A DNA stretch of 64,000 bases from Candidatus Forterrea multitransposorum CG_2015-17_Forterrea_25_41 (GTDB taxonomy: Archaea; Iainarchaeota; Iainarchaeia; Iainarchaeales; CSSED10-239): assembly GCA_009392915.1 (NCBI GenBank), contig CP045477.1:64001-128000 (forward strand). Direction: 5' to 3'. Under the pieces are notes generated by a model. The model was not told the DNA's origin. It searched no databases and saw nothing but the letters and a program-made list of their open reading frames with translations. Shown one piece after another: positions 63,196-64,000 of this stretch. The translations under genes were made by a program, and so were the position numbers. The first letter of the stretch is position 1, and each line of letters opens with the position of its first letter.

Positions 63196-64000
63196 TATGG
63201 CAATTAAAAAAAATATTTTAACTTTAGAGCTCAAATTATTAATATTTTCTCTAATTTCTTTATTTGTCCTTAAAATATTTTATATTAAACAATTAGATAT
63301 AATCTTAATTACAACTTTTTTTGATATTTTAATTTTTACATTTATTTTTTCAATTTTTATTTTATTTAAAAATATTTTTTCAAAAGTTTTATTTCATATT
63401 ATTTATGTTTTAAATTTTATTCTTTTTTCTTTTTTCTACATTTTCTATTATGATGTATCTCAAAGAGGGCTTTTCATTTCTAAAATAAAATTAGATGCAA
63501 TTACTTTTGTTTTAAAAAATATTATTTCTTTTAAATTAATATTAATTGTATTTCTTGCTTTATTTTTTATCTATTTTTTATCTTTTTTTATTTTAAAATA
63601 TAAAAAGTTTTTATTAAATTCATTTACTTTAAAATTAGTTTCTGTGATTTCTCTTTTAATATTTTTATTTCTAGTATTATTATTTAATCTAAATTATAAT
63701 CCTTATGCTGATGTTGTTTTAAATTTTAAAAATAGTTTTAGTTATATTCCTTTAGAAGATAATTCTAAAGATTTATCTATTTTTCCAGTAAACAATACAT
63801 TATATCCTGAAAATGAATTAGATATTAAATATAAAAAAATAATTCTGCTTATTGGTGAAGAATGGATGTTTTCTAGCTTTTTGAAAGATAGTAATTCTTT
63901 AGATAATAGTTTTTTTAAAAAAACTGAAAATAATACTCATTTTTATTCAAATTATTACACCACAAATCAAGATAGTAGAACTGCTATTTACACTTTACTT
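63196..64000 (+). CDS. membrane protein, likely sulfatase / LtaS-type phosphoglycerol transferase family (3'-truncated by window edge)
   Basis: Hand translation is open from the ATG at 63196 to the window end. Several N-terminal TM helices are followed by KIILLIGEEWMFSSF....FYSNYYTTNQDSRTAIYTLL, resembling the start of an alkaline-phosphatase-superfamily domain. Confidence 0.45.

Overview
Strongly AT-rich archaeal chromosome segment. The ribosomal proteins are archaeal/eukaryotic-type (L7Ae, S28e, L24e, S4e, S6e, S8e, S24e, S27ae, L32e, L19e, L34e, L14e, L18e), and aIF2-gamma, aIF5B, SUI1, Rpo3/7/10, Spt4, Alba and an RNase P p29 subunit are also present. Small gene sizes and missing accessory genes suggest a reduced DPANN-like lineage; this is inference only. 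The core of the window (14.5-33.5 kb) is one uninterrupted plus-strand run of about 38 genes in the canonical archaeal order: L3-L4-L23-L2-S19-L22-S3-L29-SUI1-Rpp29-S17-L14-L24-S4e-L5-S14-S8-L6-L32e-L19e-L18-S5-L30-L15-SecY-DUF106-L34e-L14e-S13-S4-S11-RpoD-tRNA(Leu)-L18e-L13-S9-RpoN-S2. Other translation and transcription blocks are L1-P0-P1 (3.6-5.4 kb), L7Ae-S28e-L24e-aIF5B-S6e-aIF2gamma-PIN-Rpo7-Spt4-S24e-S27ae (39.7-46.3 kb), and S8e. Accessory regions worth attention: (i) 9.3-14.3 kb holds a small archaeosortase-family protein, two coiled-coil proteins, an extremely Tyr-rich secreted protein and a 1047-aa surface protein with Cys-bracketed repeat modules. (ii) 33.6-39.5 kb holds a TrmB regulator, a secreted M6 metalloprotease and a 989-aa adhesin-like protein that begins with a type IV pilin-like (class III) signal peptide. 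(iii) 47.2-51.0 kb holds a PadR, COG1361-like and FtsX/ABC module. (iv) 51.7-54.3 kb holds an Rnl2-like RNA ligase, a Fic protein and TraB, with operator-like repeats. (v) A 1192-aa FN3-like surface protein. (vi) A Hef helicase and ERCC4 nuclease encoded as separate genes with an unrelated gene between them. (vii) A 482-aa protein with degenerate family-B DNA polymerase motifs. Two tRNAs (Leu-UAA, Gln-CUG) are supported. No CRISPR array, rRNA operon or recognisable mobile element was seen. Several ORF-track starts sit on the Shine-Dalgarno-like motif (A)TGTGAT / GGTGA and were moved to the next start codon. Three short CDS missing from the track and one edge-truncated CDS were added by hand translation.
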